DNA of 64,000 nt, from the NCBI GenBank assembly GCA_963843575.1, contig CAWJKZ010000013.1, positions 288,001 to 352,000 of the forward strand. The letters are read 5' to 3'. Position 1 is the first letter of the stretch. Each line of letters opens with the position of its first letter. Positions 29,799-40,950 of this stretch are shown piece after piece. This stretch comes from an uncultured Acidobacteriota bacterium (GTDB lineage Bacteria; Acidobacteriota; UBA6911). The translations under genes and the position numbers were made by a program. The notes beneath the pieces were generated by a model that had not been told where the DNA came from, made no database searches, and saw only the letters and a program-made list of their open reading frames with translations.

Positions 29799-30539
29799 TT
29801 ACCGGGAGCGTTTCAGGCCGATCCGGGGACAGAACCGGGAGATCGGGCAGCGACTGCACCAGGGCGACACCGGGACACAGAGGTTCTGGCCGAAGGTCAC
29901 GAGCAGATCGTTGAACTCCCGCCAGTAACGGCGCGGCAGCCTTGCCCGCAACGCGGTCTCGGTGTCGTCGGGCGTCCTGGTCGCGACGTAACCCCAGATG
30001 TTTGTGATCCGGTGGACGTGGGTGTCGACGCAGATGCCGTAATCGCCGAACCCGACCGTTACGACGAGGTTCGCGGTCTTTCGGCCGACCCCGGGCAGTT
30101 TCAGCAGTTCGTCGAGCCGCCGCGGCACGGCTCCGCCATACTGCTCGACGAGAATACCGCAGGTCCTGCGCAGGTTCCCGGCCTTCGTCCGGTAGAAGCC
30201 GACCGGGTAGATGAGGCGGGCGATTTCCGTTTCGGGCAGGGAAGCGATGGCCGCCGGGGTTCCCGCGGCCGAAAGGAGGCGTCGCGAAGCCTCGCCCGTG
30301 ACCGCGTCCTTGGTCCGGAGCGACAGTATGGTGCTGACGAGCGTCTCAAACGGCCGGTCCGCCGCCGCGTCGGCGATGGCGCCGACGGCCGGGACTTTCC
30401 AGCGGCGGATTTCCCGCCGCAGTATGCCCAACACCTCGCCGATGGTGCCCTCGACCCAGGGCTCCGGACGTGCGCGGGAGGCGCTCTCACGGCCCCGCGA
30501 TTTCGGAGTTCCCGGAGAGGCAGGGGGCCCGGCCTTCAA
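29799..30539 (-). CDS. nth: Endonuclease III (start uncertain: 30434 or 30539)
   Basis: [17 protein letters not shown] and [17 protein letters not shown]. Confidence 0.88.
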   Translation of the reverse strand: MKAGPPASPGTPKSRGRESASRARPEPWVEGTIGEVLGILRREIRRWKVPAVGAIADAAADRPFETLVSTILSLRTKDAVTGEASRRLLSAAGTPAAIASLPETEIARLIYPVGFYRTKAGNLRRTCGILVEQYGGAVPRRLDELLKLPGVGRKTANLVVTVGFGDYGICVDTHVHRITNIWGYVATRTPDDTETALRARLPRRYWREFNDLLVTFGQNLCVPVSPWCSRCPISRFCPRIGLKRSR

Positions 30540-31573
30540 TCGGCGAGCCTGCGCTTGTAGAGCGAGGCGCTTTCCACCAGCTTGCTTTCGCCCCCGGTGT
30601 TGACGCAGTAGCGCGACTGGTACAGCGAGGCACCGCCGTACTCCCCCTTCTTGTTCACGGCGTAGTAGCTCAGGTTGAAGTTGGGCTTCCCGTCCGGGCC
30701 GAGCAGCCGCTTCTCCTTCGTGGTTCGCGCCACTCGTTCCAGGGTCTCGACGCAGGCCTGCTCCGGCGTCTTCCCCTGCCGCATCAGCTCGACCACCGTG
30801 TGGGCGCCGCAGACCTTTATGTTGGCCTCGCCACGCCCCGTGGAACCGGCGGCGCCGACCTCGTTGTCCACATAGCACCCGGCGCCGATGATCGGCGAGT
30901 CGCCGACGCGGCCCGGGATCTTCCAGGAAAGTCCGCTGGTGGTCGTCGTGCCGGCCAGGTTGCCGCTGACATCCAGGGCCAGGCAGTTGATCGTCCCGTA
31001 ATGCTTGATCACCTCGCCGAACGCAGTCCCGTCGAACTCCTCGGAGAGCCAGTTGTCGGTGGCCGAGAGCTTCGACCTCCACTCGAGCCACCTTCGGCGC
31101 GAGGTTTCGGTGAGCAGGTCTTCCTTCTGGAAGCCCATCCTCAGCGCGAACTTCAGCGCCCCTTCTCCCACGAGAAAGATGTGATCGGTCCGCTCCATGA
31201 CGAGGCGGGCTACCTTGGACGGCGTCTTGATGTTTTTCAGCGCCCCGACGGCCCCGCACCGGCAGGTCAGCCCGTCCATCACGCTGGCGTCCAGCTCGAC
31301 TTCCCCTTCCTCGTTCGGGAGGCCGCCGTACCCTACACTCGTGTCGTTCGGGTCTTCCTCGACGATGTTGACCCCCGCGATCACGGCGTCGAGCGGCTTG
31401 CCGCCGGACTTAAGTATCTCCATCGCCTTCGCGGTCGCCTTCATCCCGTTCGCGCTGGAGACAACCACCGGGATGGACGCCGGCGGCGCCGCGGCCGTCG
31501 ACGCGCCCGCCGATAGGATGCCGCCGGCCACGCCCGCGGCAGATGTCATTTTGAGGAAATCGCGTCGCTCCAT
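30536..31573 (-). CDS. Tat-exported N4-(beta-N-acetylglucosaminyl)-L-asparaginase family Ntn hydrolase
   Basis: RRDFLK Tat motif; SVGYGGLP, ELDAS and GRVGDSPIIGAG motifs. Confidence 0.9.
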   Translation of the reverse strand: MERRDFLKMTSAAGVAGGILSAGASTAAAPPASIPVVVSSANGMKATAKAMEILKSGGKPLDAVIAGVNIVEEDPNDTSVGYGGLPNEEGEVELDASVMDGLTCRCGAVGALKNIKTPSKVARLVMERTDHIFLVGEGALKFALRMGFQKEDLLTETSRRRWLEWRSKLSATDNWLSEEFDGTAFGEVIKHYGTINCLALDVSGNLAGTTTTSGLSWKIPGRVGDSPIIGAGCYVDNEVGAAGSTGRGEANIKVCGAHTVVELMRQGKTPEQACVETLERVARTTKEKRLLGPDGKPNFNLSYYAVNKKGEYGGASLYQSRYCVNTGGESKLVESASLYKRRLAD

Positions 31574-31708
31574 TTGCGGACCCATGCCAGCAGCCTCCTT
31601 CAAGACCGCCCACCCTTGCAGGTGAGCCGTCGAACAGCCGGATTCAAACACACGTTCAGGGGCGGTACAATCGCAAAGCAACGGGCGGGGTGAGCCGCCC
31701 CCGCCCAC

Positions 31709-33004
31709 CTATGCCCCGCAGCACTTCTTGTACTTTCTGCCGCTGCCGCAAGGGCATGGCCCGTTGCGTCCCGGGGCGCCCGCACCGGTCCGGCTCTCCT
31801 CTCGGGCGCGCACCCAGTCCATGACGTTGGCGGGTGGCCTTTCGTTGCGCAGCTCCTCGGCCATGAACCTCATGTAGGGATCGATGTGCCGGAAAAACAG
31901 CTTGTAGCCCGGGCATAGGTAATTCAGCCCTCCTTCTCCGTCCGGCGTGCGCGTGAAACGGTGCTTCGGGCACTCGCCGTTGCACGCGAAGCGGAACTCG
32001 CACTCGCGGCAATAGCGCGGGAGGGTGTCGCGCTTGTCCACGCCGAACCTGAGCTGCTGCGGGGACGCTGCGAGGTCGCCGATCGGCGTGTCCATAATGT
32101 TGCCGAGCTTATTTTCCGGGTAGACGTAGTGATCGCAGGAATAAAGGTCGCCGTTGTGCTCCAGGGCCATCGCGGAGCCGCAGGTCTCCCGGAAGATGCA
32201 GAGGCTGGAGCCGAGGCCGTACCAGCTCTCCAAAGACACGTCGAAGATCTGTACGTAGTGGCTCCCCACGTCGCCGCGGACCCACTCGTCGAAGATCCGG
32301 CACAGGAAAAGGCCGAACTGCCGCGGCTCGACCGACCATTCGGTCACCCGCGCCGGCACGGGACCGGGTGCGATCAGGACAAGCCCGCCAGCGTCAGGCT
32401 GCTCCGCCACGCGCTCCACCACCGGGATGAACTGCATGAACCGGCTGCCGATTTCCTTCAGGAAATGGTAGACCTCCACGGGGTGCCGCGAGTTGTCCCG
32501 CTGGACGACTGTGAGCGTGTTGAACTCCACGCCGTGCTTCTTCAGGCAGTCGAGCCCGCGCATGACCCGGTCGAACGTCGGGCGACCGCCCTTGTCGACC
32601 CGGTACCGGTCGTGCAGCTCCCTCGGGCCGTCGACCGACAGCCCGACCAGAAATCCGTTGGCCGCCAGAAACTCGCACCAGGCGTCGTCGAGCAGGACCC
32701 CGTTGGTCTGAAGGGAGTTCTCGACGCGCTTCCCCGCCGCGTACTTCGCCTGCAGTTCGATTGCCTGCTGGAAGAACCCCACCCCGAGGATGGTCGGCTC
32801 TCCCCCCTGCCAGGCGAAGGTCACCGCCGGCGCGTCCTGGGCCTCTATGTATGAGCGGATGTACGTCTCGAGCACTTCGGGCGACATGGCCCAGTCGTGC
32901 TTTCCCGGGTACAACTTCTCCTTCTCGAGATAGAAGCAGTAAGCGCAGTCCAGGTTGCAGACCGGCCCGGCCGGCTTGGTCATCGCATGAAACGCAGCAC
33001 CCAT
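31709..33004 (-). CDS. Anaerobic sulfatase maturase (radical SAM/SPASM) with C-terminal SEC-C motif
   Basis: CNLDCAYCFY, WQGGEP, YSCDHYV, CNGECPKHR and CPCGSGRKYKKCC. Confidence 0.92.
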   Translation of the reverse strand: MGAAFHAMTKPAGPVCNLDCAYCFYLEKEKLYPGKHDWAMSPEVLETYIRSYIEAQDAPAVTFAWQGGEPTILGVGFFQQAIELQAKYAAGKRVENSLQTNGVLLDDAWCEFLAANGFLVGLSVDGPRELHDRYRVDKGGRPTFDRVMRGLDCLKKHGVEFNTLTVVQRDNSRHPVEVYHFLKEIGSRFMQFIPVVERVAEQPDAGGLVLIAPGPVPARVTEWSVEPRQFGLFLCRIFDEWVRGDVGSHYVQIFDVSLESWYGLGSSLCIFRETCGSAMALEHNGDLYSCDHYVYPENKLGNIMDTPIGDLAASPQQLRFGVDKRDTLPRYCRECEFRFACNGECPKHRFTRTPDGEGGLNYLCPGYKLFFRHIDPYMRFMAEELRNERPPANVMDWVRAREESRTGAGAPGRNGPCPCGSGRKYKKCCGA

Positions 33005-33025
33005 ACCCGCCAAGTCTATCACAAT

Positions 33026-33276
33026 GGGGACGGACACGGATAACCGCTTAAATGCTAAGTACTTAACTGCGTTTTATCGGCCAAAAAAAGGCCTTATTTT
33101 GATTTTTCGAGGGTCATTTCTGCAAATAACCTGCTTCGCCGGCAGGTCGGTTCCCCACGAGATCCGGTCCGGGCTTGTTTTCGATTTCCGAGCCCAAAAG
33201 TGGGAATAAGGCCCTTTTTGGGCTTCAATTATCTCGCAAATCACTGCATTGAAAGAGATTGTTTGGGTCCGTCCCT
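33026..33276. mobile_element. 251-bp AT-rich palindromic MITE-like element, copy 2
   Basis: TIR GGGGACGGAC/GTCCGTCCCT; 36 of 40 nt identical to copy 1 in the block starting GGCCTTATTT. Confidence 0.7.
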
Positions 33277-33292
33277 GTGCTATAGTCGGCGC

Positions 33293-34705
33293 ATGGGCAC
33301 GTTTTCTGAAATCGCGTCGCGGATGGACAAGCTGTACGAGTTTGATAGGGAGCCAGTGGCCGTCAGTCAGCTGAAGCCGTGGAGCCAGTTCGCCGGCCTT
33401 TTCGCGGGCGAGCACGTCGCGGGGACCGAGTTCGTGATCGGGGCGTTTTTTGTCCTGCACGGCGTGCACGCGCTCGACCTGCTGCTCGGCCTGCTGATCG
33501 GGAATGTGCTCGCGGTGCTCTCGTGGACCTTCGTCTGCGCGCCCATCGCCACCAGCACGCGCCTCACCGTCTACTGGTATGTCAGGAAGATCGCCGGACC
33601 CGGGCTCACCGCGGTGTACAACGTGGCCAACGCGATCCTGTACTGCATCCTGGCCGGCGCGATGATCGCGGTCGCCGCTACGGCCGTCGGGCTCGCCATA
33701 GGCATCCCCACCCCGGCACTGACCGACATGCTCCCGAACAGCCTCGCGTGGGTGCTGCTTACGTTTGTCATCGGGATATCCTTCCTGGTGCTGGCGATCC
33801 TCGGCTTCGAGAAGCTGAGCAAATTCGCCGAGATCTGCTCCCCCTGGATGTTTGCGATGTTCATAGCCGGGGCGATCGCGCTCCTGCCAGCCCTCGGCGT
33901 GCACCCCAACCTCGACAACCTGTGGCAGGTGATGAAGTCCAGGGTCTGGACCGGGATTCCGAGCGCAGGTCAGGAGCAATATCACCTCTGGCACATCGTC
34001 TTCTTTGCCTGGTTCTGCAACCTGGCCATGCACATCGGCCTGTCGGACATGGCCATATTCCGCTATGCGAAGCACTGGAGCTACGGGTTCTTGACGGCGT
34101 TCGGGATGTTCCCGGGCCACATGCTGGCCTGGATCTGCTCCGGCATAATGGTGGCGGGCGTCAACCGTCAGATGGACCCCGGGCTCATGGCGTTCGAAGC
34201 CGCAGGCGTGGCCGGGCTCCTCGCGGTGATCCTGGCAAGCTGGACTACCGCGAACCCGACGCTCTACCGGGCCGGGCTGGCGCTGCAGTGCGTCAGTCCC
34301 GGGTGGCCGCGCTGGAAGACGACGATGATCGCCGGGTTGATCACGACGGTGCTCTCCTGCTTCCCGCTCGTGTTCATGAAGCTGCTCGACTACGTAGCGA
34401 TCTACGGGCTCGTGCTCATGCCGATTGGGGCCGTCGTCTTCGCGGAGCACTGGATCTTTCCCGTGGCTCGGGCTGCCGCAGTACCTCACGGAGCGGCGAG
34501 GCCAGGCGTTCAACTGGCCCGCCCTCGTCGTCTGGGCAGGCACGCTGCTGCTCTGCTTCTTCATGCCCTTTCACCTGTTTTTCCGCTGGCTCCCGGGGTA
34601 TTTCATCGCGCTGGTCTCCTACACCCTGATGAACCTGGCGCACCGCAAAGGGGCGCAGCCCGGGAACGCATCGGGGAGGCGCATTCGAAGGGGGGTGCCC
34701 GGTGA
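33293..34705 (+). CDS. Purine-cytosine permease-like (NCS1-like) transporter; frameshift(s) after about 34465
   Basis: Multi-TM; GEHVAGTEF, HIGLSDM and WTTANPTLYRAGLA. Confidence 0.75.
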   Translation: MGTFSEIASRMDKLYEFDREPVAVSQLKPWSQFAGLFAGEHVAGTEFVIGAFFVLHGVHALDLLLGLLIGNVLAVLSWTFVCAPIATSTRLTVYWYVRKIAGPGLTAVYNVANAILYCILAGAMIAVAATAVGLAIGIPTPALTDMLPNSLAWVLLTFVIGISFLVLAILGFEKLSKFAEICSPWMFAMFIAGAIALLPALGVHPNLDNLWQVMKSRVWTGIPSAGQEQYHLWHIVFFAWFCNLAMHIGLSDMAIFRYAKHWSYGFLTAFGMFPGHMLAWICSGIMVAGVNRQMDPGLMAFEAAGVAGLLAVILASWTTANPTLYRAGLALQCVSPGWPRWKTTMIAGLITTVLSCFPLVFMKLLDYVAIYGLVLMPIGAVVFAEHWIFPVARAAAVPHGAARPGVQLARPRRLGRHAAALLLHALSPVFPLAPGVFHRAGLLHPDEPGAPQRGAARERIGEAHSKGGAR

Positions 34706-34893
34706 AGGCGAAAGTGACACTGGCGCTTGCGCTGGTCAGCCTGCTCGCGTGCCTCGTCGCCCCACTGCTGCTGTTCAACGGCGTCATCGACGCGCCCACC
34801 TACAAGCGTGTCCTCGTCGCCGCCACCGCGGGCTGGTTCGTCTTTGCGATCGTGTGGAAGGTGGGCGGGGACGGCTCGGACCGAACCCGGTGA
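34702..34893 (+). CDS. Small two-TM membrane protein coupled to the permease
   Basis: GTGA overlap; two hydrophobic segments. Confidence 0.6.
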   Translation: MKAKVTLALALVSLLACLVAPLLLFNGVIDAPTYKRVLVAATAGWFVFAIVWKVGGDGSDRTR

Positions 34894-34989
34894 GCGACAA
34901 CCGGGGGGTGATCTTGAAAAAAGAGGATTCAGCCAGATCCGTGGGGCCGCGTCGAGCCGTCGCGGCCCACCGAGGCGCCGCGGCCGACT

Positions 34990-36093
34990 CTACTTCGTGC
35001 TGATCGTGACCTTCTTAAGTTCCACCCTCTCTTTCGGGGACTCGCCGTCGAGCGGGAGCGTCTGAAAACGCTCGAGCACGTCGAGGCCTTCTACCACCTT
35101 GCCGAAGACGGTGTACTCGTTGTCGAGGCTCGGCGCCGGGCCGAGGCAGATGAAGAACGACGTCTCCGCGCTGTCGGGCTCGTCGGCGCGGGCCATGCTG
35201 AGGGTCCCGCGCTCGTGCGGCGTCGGGTTGAACTCCGGCTTCAGGCGGCGCACGAGGTCGGCGATCCGGAACGCCGGGAGGGGGGGCTGCCGCGTCGACA
35301 GCAGTCCCCCCTGCGCCACGAAATCCGGTATCACGCGGTGAAACGAGGTTCCGTCGTAGAACCCGGCCTGTGCCAGGCGCAGAAAGTTGCGGACGTGGTT
35401 GGGCGCGCGGTCCGGCAGGAATTCCAGCGCGATGTTTCCCAGGCTCGTTTCCAGCATCGCACGGTACTTGCCCAGATCTTCGGGCGAGGTCTGCGAAAAG
35501 GCCGGCGGTGGCGCAGGCTTTGCCGGCCGCAGCATGACCTTGCGGATGACCGGAGGATTGACGGCGAGTTCCTTCTCGGCCGGCGTCTCCGAAATCCGGT
35601 CGATCACCTCGATGCCTTCCGACACGTAACCGAACGCCGAATACTGCCCGTCGAGCATCGGGAGCGGCACGACGCAGACGAAGAACTGGTTGCCGCCGCT
35701 GTCAGGCTTGCCTGGGGCGATCACCGAGGAGAGGGTCCCGCGCAGGTGTTTAACGTCGGAGATCTCTGCCGGTACCTTGTTCATTCCGCCCGTGCTCCAC
35801 AGCCCCCTCTTTGACGGGTCCCGCGACAGGGGGTCTCCCCCCTGGATGATTCCCCATTTGATCACGCGGTGAAACAGGGTGCCGTTGTACGCGCCCTCGG
35901 CCGCCAGCGTCAGGAAAAGCTTGACGTGCTGCGGCGCCTTGTCGGGGTAAAACGAGAGCACGAAAGTCCCCTCGCTCGTCTCGACCACGGCCTGTTGACT
36001 CAGGTCGACGTCGGCCGCCCGGTTCTGGGCCCCGACCATCGGCAGACTTGCGCTCAGCAGGAAAGTTACGCACGCGGCAGCGATCCGAAACAT
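34990..36093 (-). CDS. Exported tandem cyclophilin-type peptidyl-prolyl isomerase
   Basis: Two cyclophilin domains (FHRVI..QGG, RGTLS, FFIC, Y.[AV]FG.V.EG); signal peptide. Confidence 0.92.
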   Translation of the reverse strand: MFRIAAACVTFLLSASLPMVGAQNRAADVDLSQQAVVETSEGTFVLSFYPDKAPQHVKLFLTLAAEGAYNGTLFHRVIKWGIIQGGDPLSRDPSKRGLWSTGGMNKVPAEISDVKHLRGTLSSVIAPGKPDSGGNQFFVCVVPLPMLDGQYSAFGYVSEGIEVIDRISETPAEKELAVNPPVIRKVMLRPAKPAPPPAFSQTSPEDLGKYRAMLETSLGNIALEFLPDRAPNHVRNFLRLAQAGFYDGTSFHRVIPDFVAQGGLLSTRQPPLPAFRIADLVRRLKPEFNPTPHERGTLSMARADEPDSAETSFFICLGPAPSLDNEYTVFGKVVEGLDVLERFQTLPLDGESPKERVELKKVTISTK

Positions 36094-36250
36094 GGCTTCG
36101 ACCTCCAGCAGGGGCTTCAGGCTATCACAAAATCGGAAGCCGGAAGCCGCTTCGGGCTTCCGGCGCCCGCAGTTATAATAAAGGTGACATGCCCAGAAAA
36201 CCCGAAACCGACAAGGATCTCTCGTACTCGAACGTCGCCTATGGCCGCGC

Positions 36251-38274
36251 CATGATCCATTCCGCCCCGTTCAGGATCAGTACGGCCTTCGAACCGCGGG
36301 GCGACCAGGCGGAGGCCGTCGAACAGCTTGCCGCCGGCCTGCGCGACGGCCAGAGACACCAGGTGCTGCTGGGCGTGACGGGTTCGGGCAAGACTTTTAC
36401 CATGGCCAAGGTGATCGAGGCGGTGCAGCGGCCGACCCTGGTGCTCGCCCACAACAAGACCCTGGCCGCGCAGCTCTACCGCGAGTTCAAGAACTTCTTC
36501 CCCGAAAACGCGGTCGAGTACTTCGTCTCCTACTACGACTACTACCAGCCGGAGGCGTACATCCCCTCGACCGACACCTACATCGAGAAAGACGCCCTCA
36601 TCAACGACGAAATCGACAGGCTGCGCCACTCGGCGACCCGTTCGGTCTTCGAGCGGCGCGACTGCATCATCGTCGCCAGCGTCTCCTGCATCTACGGCCT
36701 GGGATCCGCCGGAGGCGTACTACGGCATGCTGCTTTTCCTCGAGAAGGGCCAGCAGATCAGCCGCGACGAGATCCTGCGCCGCCTGGTGGAGATGCAGTT
36801 CGCGCGGCAGGATTTCGGGCTGGAGCGCGGCTTCTTCCGGGCGCGCGGCGACGTGATCGAGGTGTTTCCCACCTACGAGGACTACGCCATCCGCATCGAG
36901 ATGTTCGGCGACGAAATCGACTCCATCGCCCAGATCGACCCGGTGACCGGGCGCACGCTCAAGAAACACGAGCGCATGCCGATCTACCCGAAGTCGCACT
37001 ACGTCCAGCCCCGCGACCAGCTGCTGACCGCCATCGAAACCATCAAGGCCGAACTGAACGAGTGGCGGACACAGCTGGAAACGGAAGGGAAGCTGCTCGA
37101 AGCCAACCGCGTTCATCAGAGGACGATGTTCGACCTCGAGATGATCAAGGAGCTGGGCTTCTGCCGAGGCATCGAGAACTACTCGCGTCACCTCACGGGA
37201 CGCAAGCCGGGCGAGCCGCCGCCGACACTGCTCGACTACCTGCCCCGCGATGCTCTGCTGTTCATCGACGAGAGCCACGCGACGGTGCCGCAGGTGCGCG
37301 GTATGTACTTCGGCGACCGCTCGCGCAAGGAGAACCTGGTCAAGTACGGTTTCCGGCTCCCTTCCGCGCTCGACAACCGGCCGCTGAACTTCAAGGAATT
37401 CGAAGAGCGGGTCGACCAGGTGATCTACGTTTCCGCGACGCCCGGGCCGTATGAGCTGACCAAGTCGGGCGGGGTTGTCGTCGAGCAGATCGTCCGGCCG
37501 ACCGGGCTGACCGACCCCGCGATCGAGATCCGGCCCGTCGCCGGGCAGGTGGACAGCCTCATGGAGGAGATCCGCAGCCGCGCCGAGCGCAACGAGCGGG
37601 TGCTGGTCACCACGCTGACCAAGCGGATGGCCGAGGACCTCGCCGAGTATTACACCGAACTGGGCTTGCGCGTCCGCTACCTGCATTCGGAGGTGGAGAC
37701 GCTCGACCGCATCAAGATCCTGCGCGCCCTGCGGGCCGGGGAGTTCGACGCCCTGATCGGCATCAACCTGCTGCGCGAAGGGCTCGATCTGCCGGAAGTG
37801 TCGCTCGTGGCCATCCTCGACGCCGACAAGGAGGGCTTCCTGCGCTCGACGACGTCGCTGATCCAGACCGTTGGGCGGGCCGCCCGCCACATCAACGGCA
37901 AGGCCATCCTCTATGCCGACACGGTCACCGGCTCGATGCAGGCGGCGATCGACGAAACCAGCCGGCGCCGCGCCGCACAGCAGTGCTACAATGAGCAGAA
38001 CCACATCACTCCCCAATCCATCGTCAAGCCGCTTGATCCGGAAATGGTCAGAATCTACGAAGGGGATTACTACGAGCTGCCGGCGGTGGCCGAGGAGCCG
38101 CCGAAATACGCCTCGGCCGCAGAGCTGGAAGCCGAGATCCGGCGCCTGGAAACCGAAATGCGGGAGGCGGCCAGGGAGTTCGAGTTCGAGAAGGCTGCCG
38201 TCCTGCGCGATCAGGCCAAGAAGCTGAAGAAACTGGAACTGGATTTCCTCACACCTTCCGAGCCGGAACCATGA
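36251..38274 (+). CDS. uvrB: Excinuclease ABC subunit B; frameshift near 36710 (alternative start 36189)
   Basis: [31 protein letters not shown] and INLLREGLD. Confidence 0.97.
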
Positions 38275-39570
38275 TCCAGAACCGTGTGTCCGTCCACAAC
38301 CCTGGCCGGGACCGTACGCCTCCCCGGGGACAAGTCGATCTCGCACCGATACGCCATGCTCGCCGCCCTTGCCGAGGGGGACTCCGAGCTCGCCAATTTC
38401 GCCGGCAGCCGCGACTGCCACAGCACGCTCGATTGCCTGGGCCGCCTGGGAGTCCGCTGTGTGGAGCAGGGGCATTCCGTGACGATCTCCGGCGTCGGAC
38501 TGCACGGCCTCCGGCCACCCGACAGCCAGCTCGACGCCGGCAACTCGGGCACCACCATCCGGCTGCTGTCCGGGATCCTCGCCGGGCAGCGCTTCACGTC
38601 GTCGATCACGGGCGACGACTCGCTGCGCAGACGGCCGATGAGGCGGATACTCGATCCCCTGCGTCTCATGGGCGCCCGGGCCGATGCCATGACCGGCGAC
38701 CTCCCGCCCCTGACCATCCGCGCGGCGTCGCTGCGCGGCATCCGCTACCCGCTGCCGGTGCCGAGCGCACAGGTGAAGTCCTGCGTGCTGCTGGCCGGCC
38801 TGTACGCGGAGGGCGTCACCGCGGTGGGGGAAACCATCCCCACCCGCGATCACACCGAACGGGCCCTGTCGCACTTCGGCGCGACCGTGAGGACCGGGAA
38901 CGGCTGGATCGAGGTCGAACCGGAGCCGAGATTGCGCGCAACCCGCCTGGAGGTGCCCGGCGACCTCTCCGGAGCGGCTTTCCTCCTCGTCGCCGCCGCC
39001 CTCGTCCCCGGGGCCGATCTCACCATCCCCGGTGTCGGGCTGAACGCGCGCCGGCGGGAGCTGCTCGCCTACCTCGAAGCGGCCGGCCTGACGCTCGCGG
39101 TATTCAACGAGAGGGAGTGCGCGGGCGAGGCTCGCGGAGATCTGCGTGTGCGATACTGCGGCGGACTCCTCGAACGCGGCCTGCCGCCCATCGAGGGCGG
39201 ACGCACGGCGGCCCTCATCGACGAGATCCCCGTGCTGGCGGTCCTTGGGGCGTACGCGGCCGGCGGCCTGACGATCGCCGATGCCCGCGAACTCCGGGTC
39301 AAGGAGAGCGACCGCATCGCTGCCATAGCCGCCAACCTGCGCGCCATGGGGGCGACGGTCGACGAGAAACCGGACGGGATGACGATCCGGGGAGGCGCGC
39401 CGCTGCACGGGGCCGAAATCGACACGCAGGGCGATCACCGGATCGCCATGGCTTTCGCCGTCGCCGCCCTGTCGGCCAGAGGAGAGACCCGGATCCTCGA
39501 GGCAGAATGCGCCGACGTGAGCTATCCCGGGTTCTTCGACCAGATTGATGCGCTCCGCAATGGTGGGTGA
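38271..39570 (+). CDS. aroA: 3-phosphoshikimate 1-carboxyvinyltransferase (class II); probable frameshift near 38280
   Basis: [36 protein letters not shown] and DHRIAM. Confidence 0.96.
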
Positions 39571-39580
39571 TGCCGTGAAC

Positions 39581-40114
39581 ATGCCCGAGGTCGTCTACCT
39601 GGTGGGGTTCATGGGGGCGGGGAAGACCTCTGTCGGGTGTCGCCTCGCCCACATCATGGGCTACGCGTTCGTGGACCTCGACGTCGAGATCGAGAAGCGC
39701 GCGGGGAAGCGCGTCTGCGACATCTTCAGCCACCAAGGCGAACCGCATTTCCGCCGCCTGGAGGGGGAGGAACTCCTGCGTGTGAGCTCACTGCGCCGCC
39801 GGGTGATCGCGCTGGGCGGCGGCACGTTTTGCTCCACCGCAAACCGCGAGATCATCCGGCGCACCGGAACGAGCATCTGGCTCGACGCGCCGCTCGAGGC
39901 GTTGCTGGCTCGCCTGGGCCGGGACGAGTTGCGGCCGCTGCTCGCCTCCCAACCCGAGATGGAGGAGTTATTCGCGGCCCGGCGTCTTCATTACGCCGAG
40001 GCCGACATCCGGGTGGACGCGCACGGTCCAAGCGTCGAGCAGGTCGCCCTCGGCATCGTCGACTCCCTCAGGAAGGCAGGGCACGCGAGGCGCCTCCGGC
40101 CTGAGCCCGCGTAA
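39581..40114 (+). CDS. aroK: Shikimate kinase
   Basis: GFMGAGKT, GEPHFRRLE, LGGG and RPLL. Confidence 0.93.
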   Translation: MPEVVYLVGFMGAGKTSVGCRLAHIMGYAFVDLDVEIEKRAGKRVCDIFSHQGEPHFRRLEGEELLRVSSLRRRVIALGGGTFCSTANREIIRRTGTSIWLDAPLEALLARLGRDELRPLLASQPEMEELFAARRLHYAEADIRVDAHGPSVEQVALGIVDSLRKAGHARRLRPEPA

Positions 40115-40726
40115 TCACGCCGGGTTGCGGCGCTCCCGCCGGCGCAGCGCCTTCTCGATCAGGTCCCGCAGCCGCGCCCGCGCGCGGAAAACCTTGAGCC
40201 GCGCCGCCTGCTCCGAGCAATTCAAGGCCTGTGCGACCTTGTCGTACGGCATGTCTTCCAGGTCCCGCAGCACGATCGCCATCCGCTGCTGTTCCGTGAT
40301 CTGCCCCAGGAGCTTGTGCAGAAGGGCGTGGAGTTCCTCGCGCTCTTCGGCCGGCGGCTGCGTGATCACGCCGCGGTTCAGCAGATGCTCGATGGCATCG
40401 TTGTCATCCAGGCTCAAGTCGGTGAAGGTGAATATTTTACGGCGCCGCAGGCGGCGCAGTTCGTCATAGCACTGGTTGACGGCGATACGGTAGAGCCACG
40501 GGAAGAAGGGACGCTCGTTGTCGAACTTCGGAAGCGAGAAGTAGACCTTCGAGAAGATCTTCTGCGCAATGTCCTCGACGTCGGCTCGCCCGCCGATGTT
40601 GTGGTAGACGAGATTGACGATCGATTGCTGGTATTTCCTGACCAGCGTCTCGAAGGCAACCTCGTCCCCCTGCTGACAGCGACCCACAAGGTCGCGATCG
40701 TCATCGGCCTGCGCTTCTCTCGCCAC
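40115..40726 (-). CDS. ECF sigma factor (no adjacent anti-sigma)
   Basis: GDEVAFETLVRKY, WLYRIAVN and FRARARLR. Confidence 0.9.
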   Translation of the reverse strand: MAREAQADDDRDLVGRCQQGDEVAFETLVRKYQQSIVNLVYHNIGGRADVEDIAQKIFSKVYFSLPKFDNERPFFPWLYRIAVNQCYDELRRLRRRKIFTFTDLSLDDNDAIEHLLNRGVITQPPAEEREELHALLHKLLGQITEQQRMAIVLRDLEDMPYDKVAQALNCSEQAARLKVFRARARLRDLIEKALRRRERRNPA

Positions 40727-40786
40727 GGGTCGATTTTATCCCGAGCGCAGATGGGTGGCCACCGCAAACGATGTGCATTGAGCCAG

Positions 40787-40950
40787 GTGGGTCCGGGCTG
40801 AAGGGGCTGTCCAACCGTTGATTTGCCCGATCCATACAGGATACACGTGGGTCCGGACTTCAGCGCGGACGCTGTTTGCGGTCGCTATAACGTGCGCCCA
40901 TCGCCACATAGTCCAGATCAAAAGGCGTCCGGGCTGAAACCCGGACCCAC
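40787..40950. repeat. Cluster of three REP-like family E palindromes (GTGGGTCCGGGCTTCAGCCCGGACGC)
   Basis: Copies at 40787, 40847 and 40924 (inverted); another at 63915. Confidence 0.8.
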
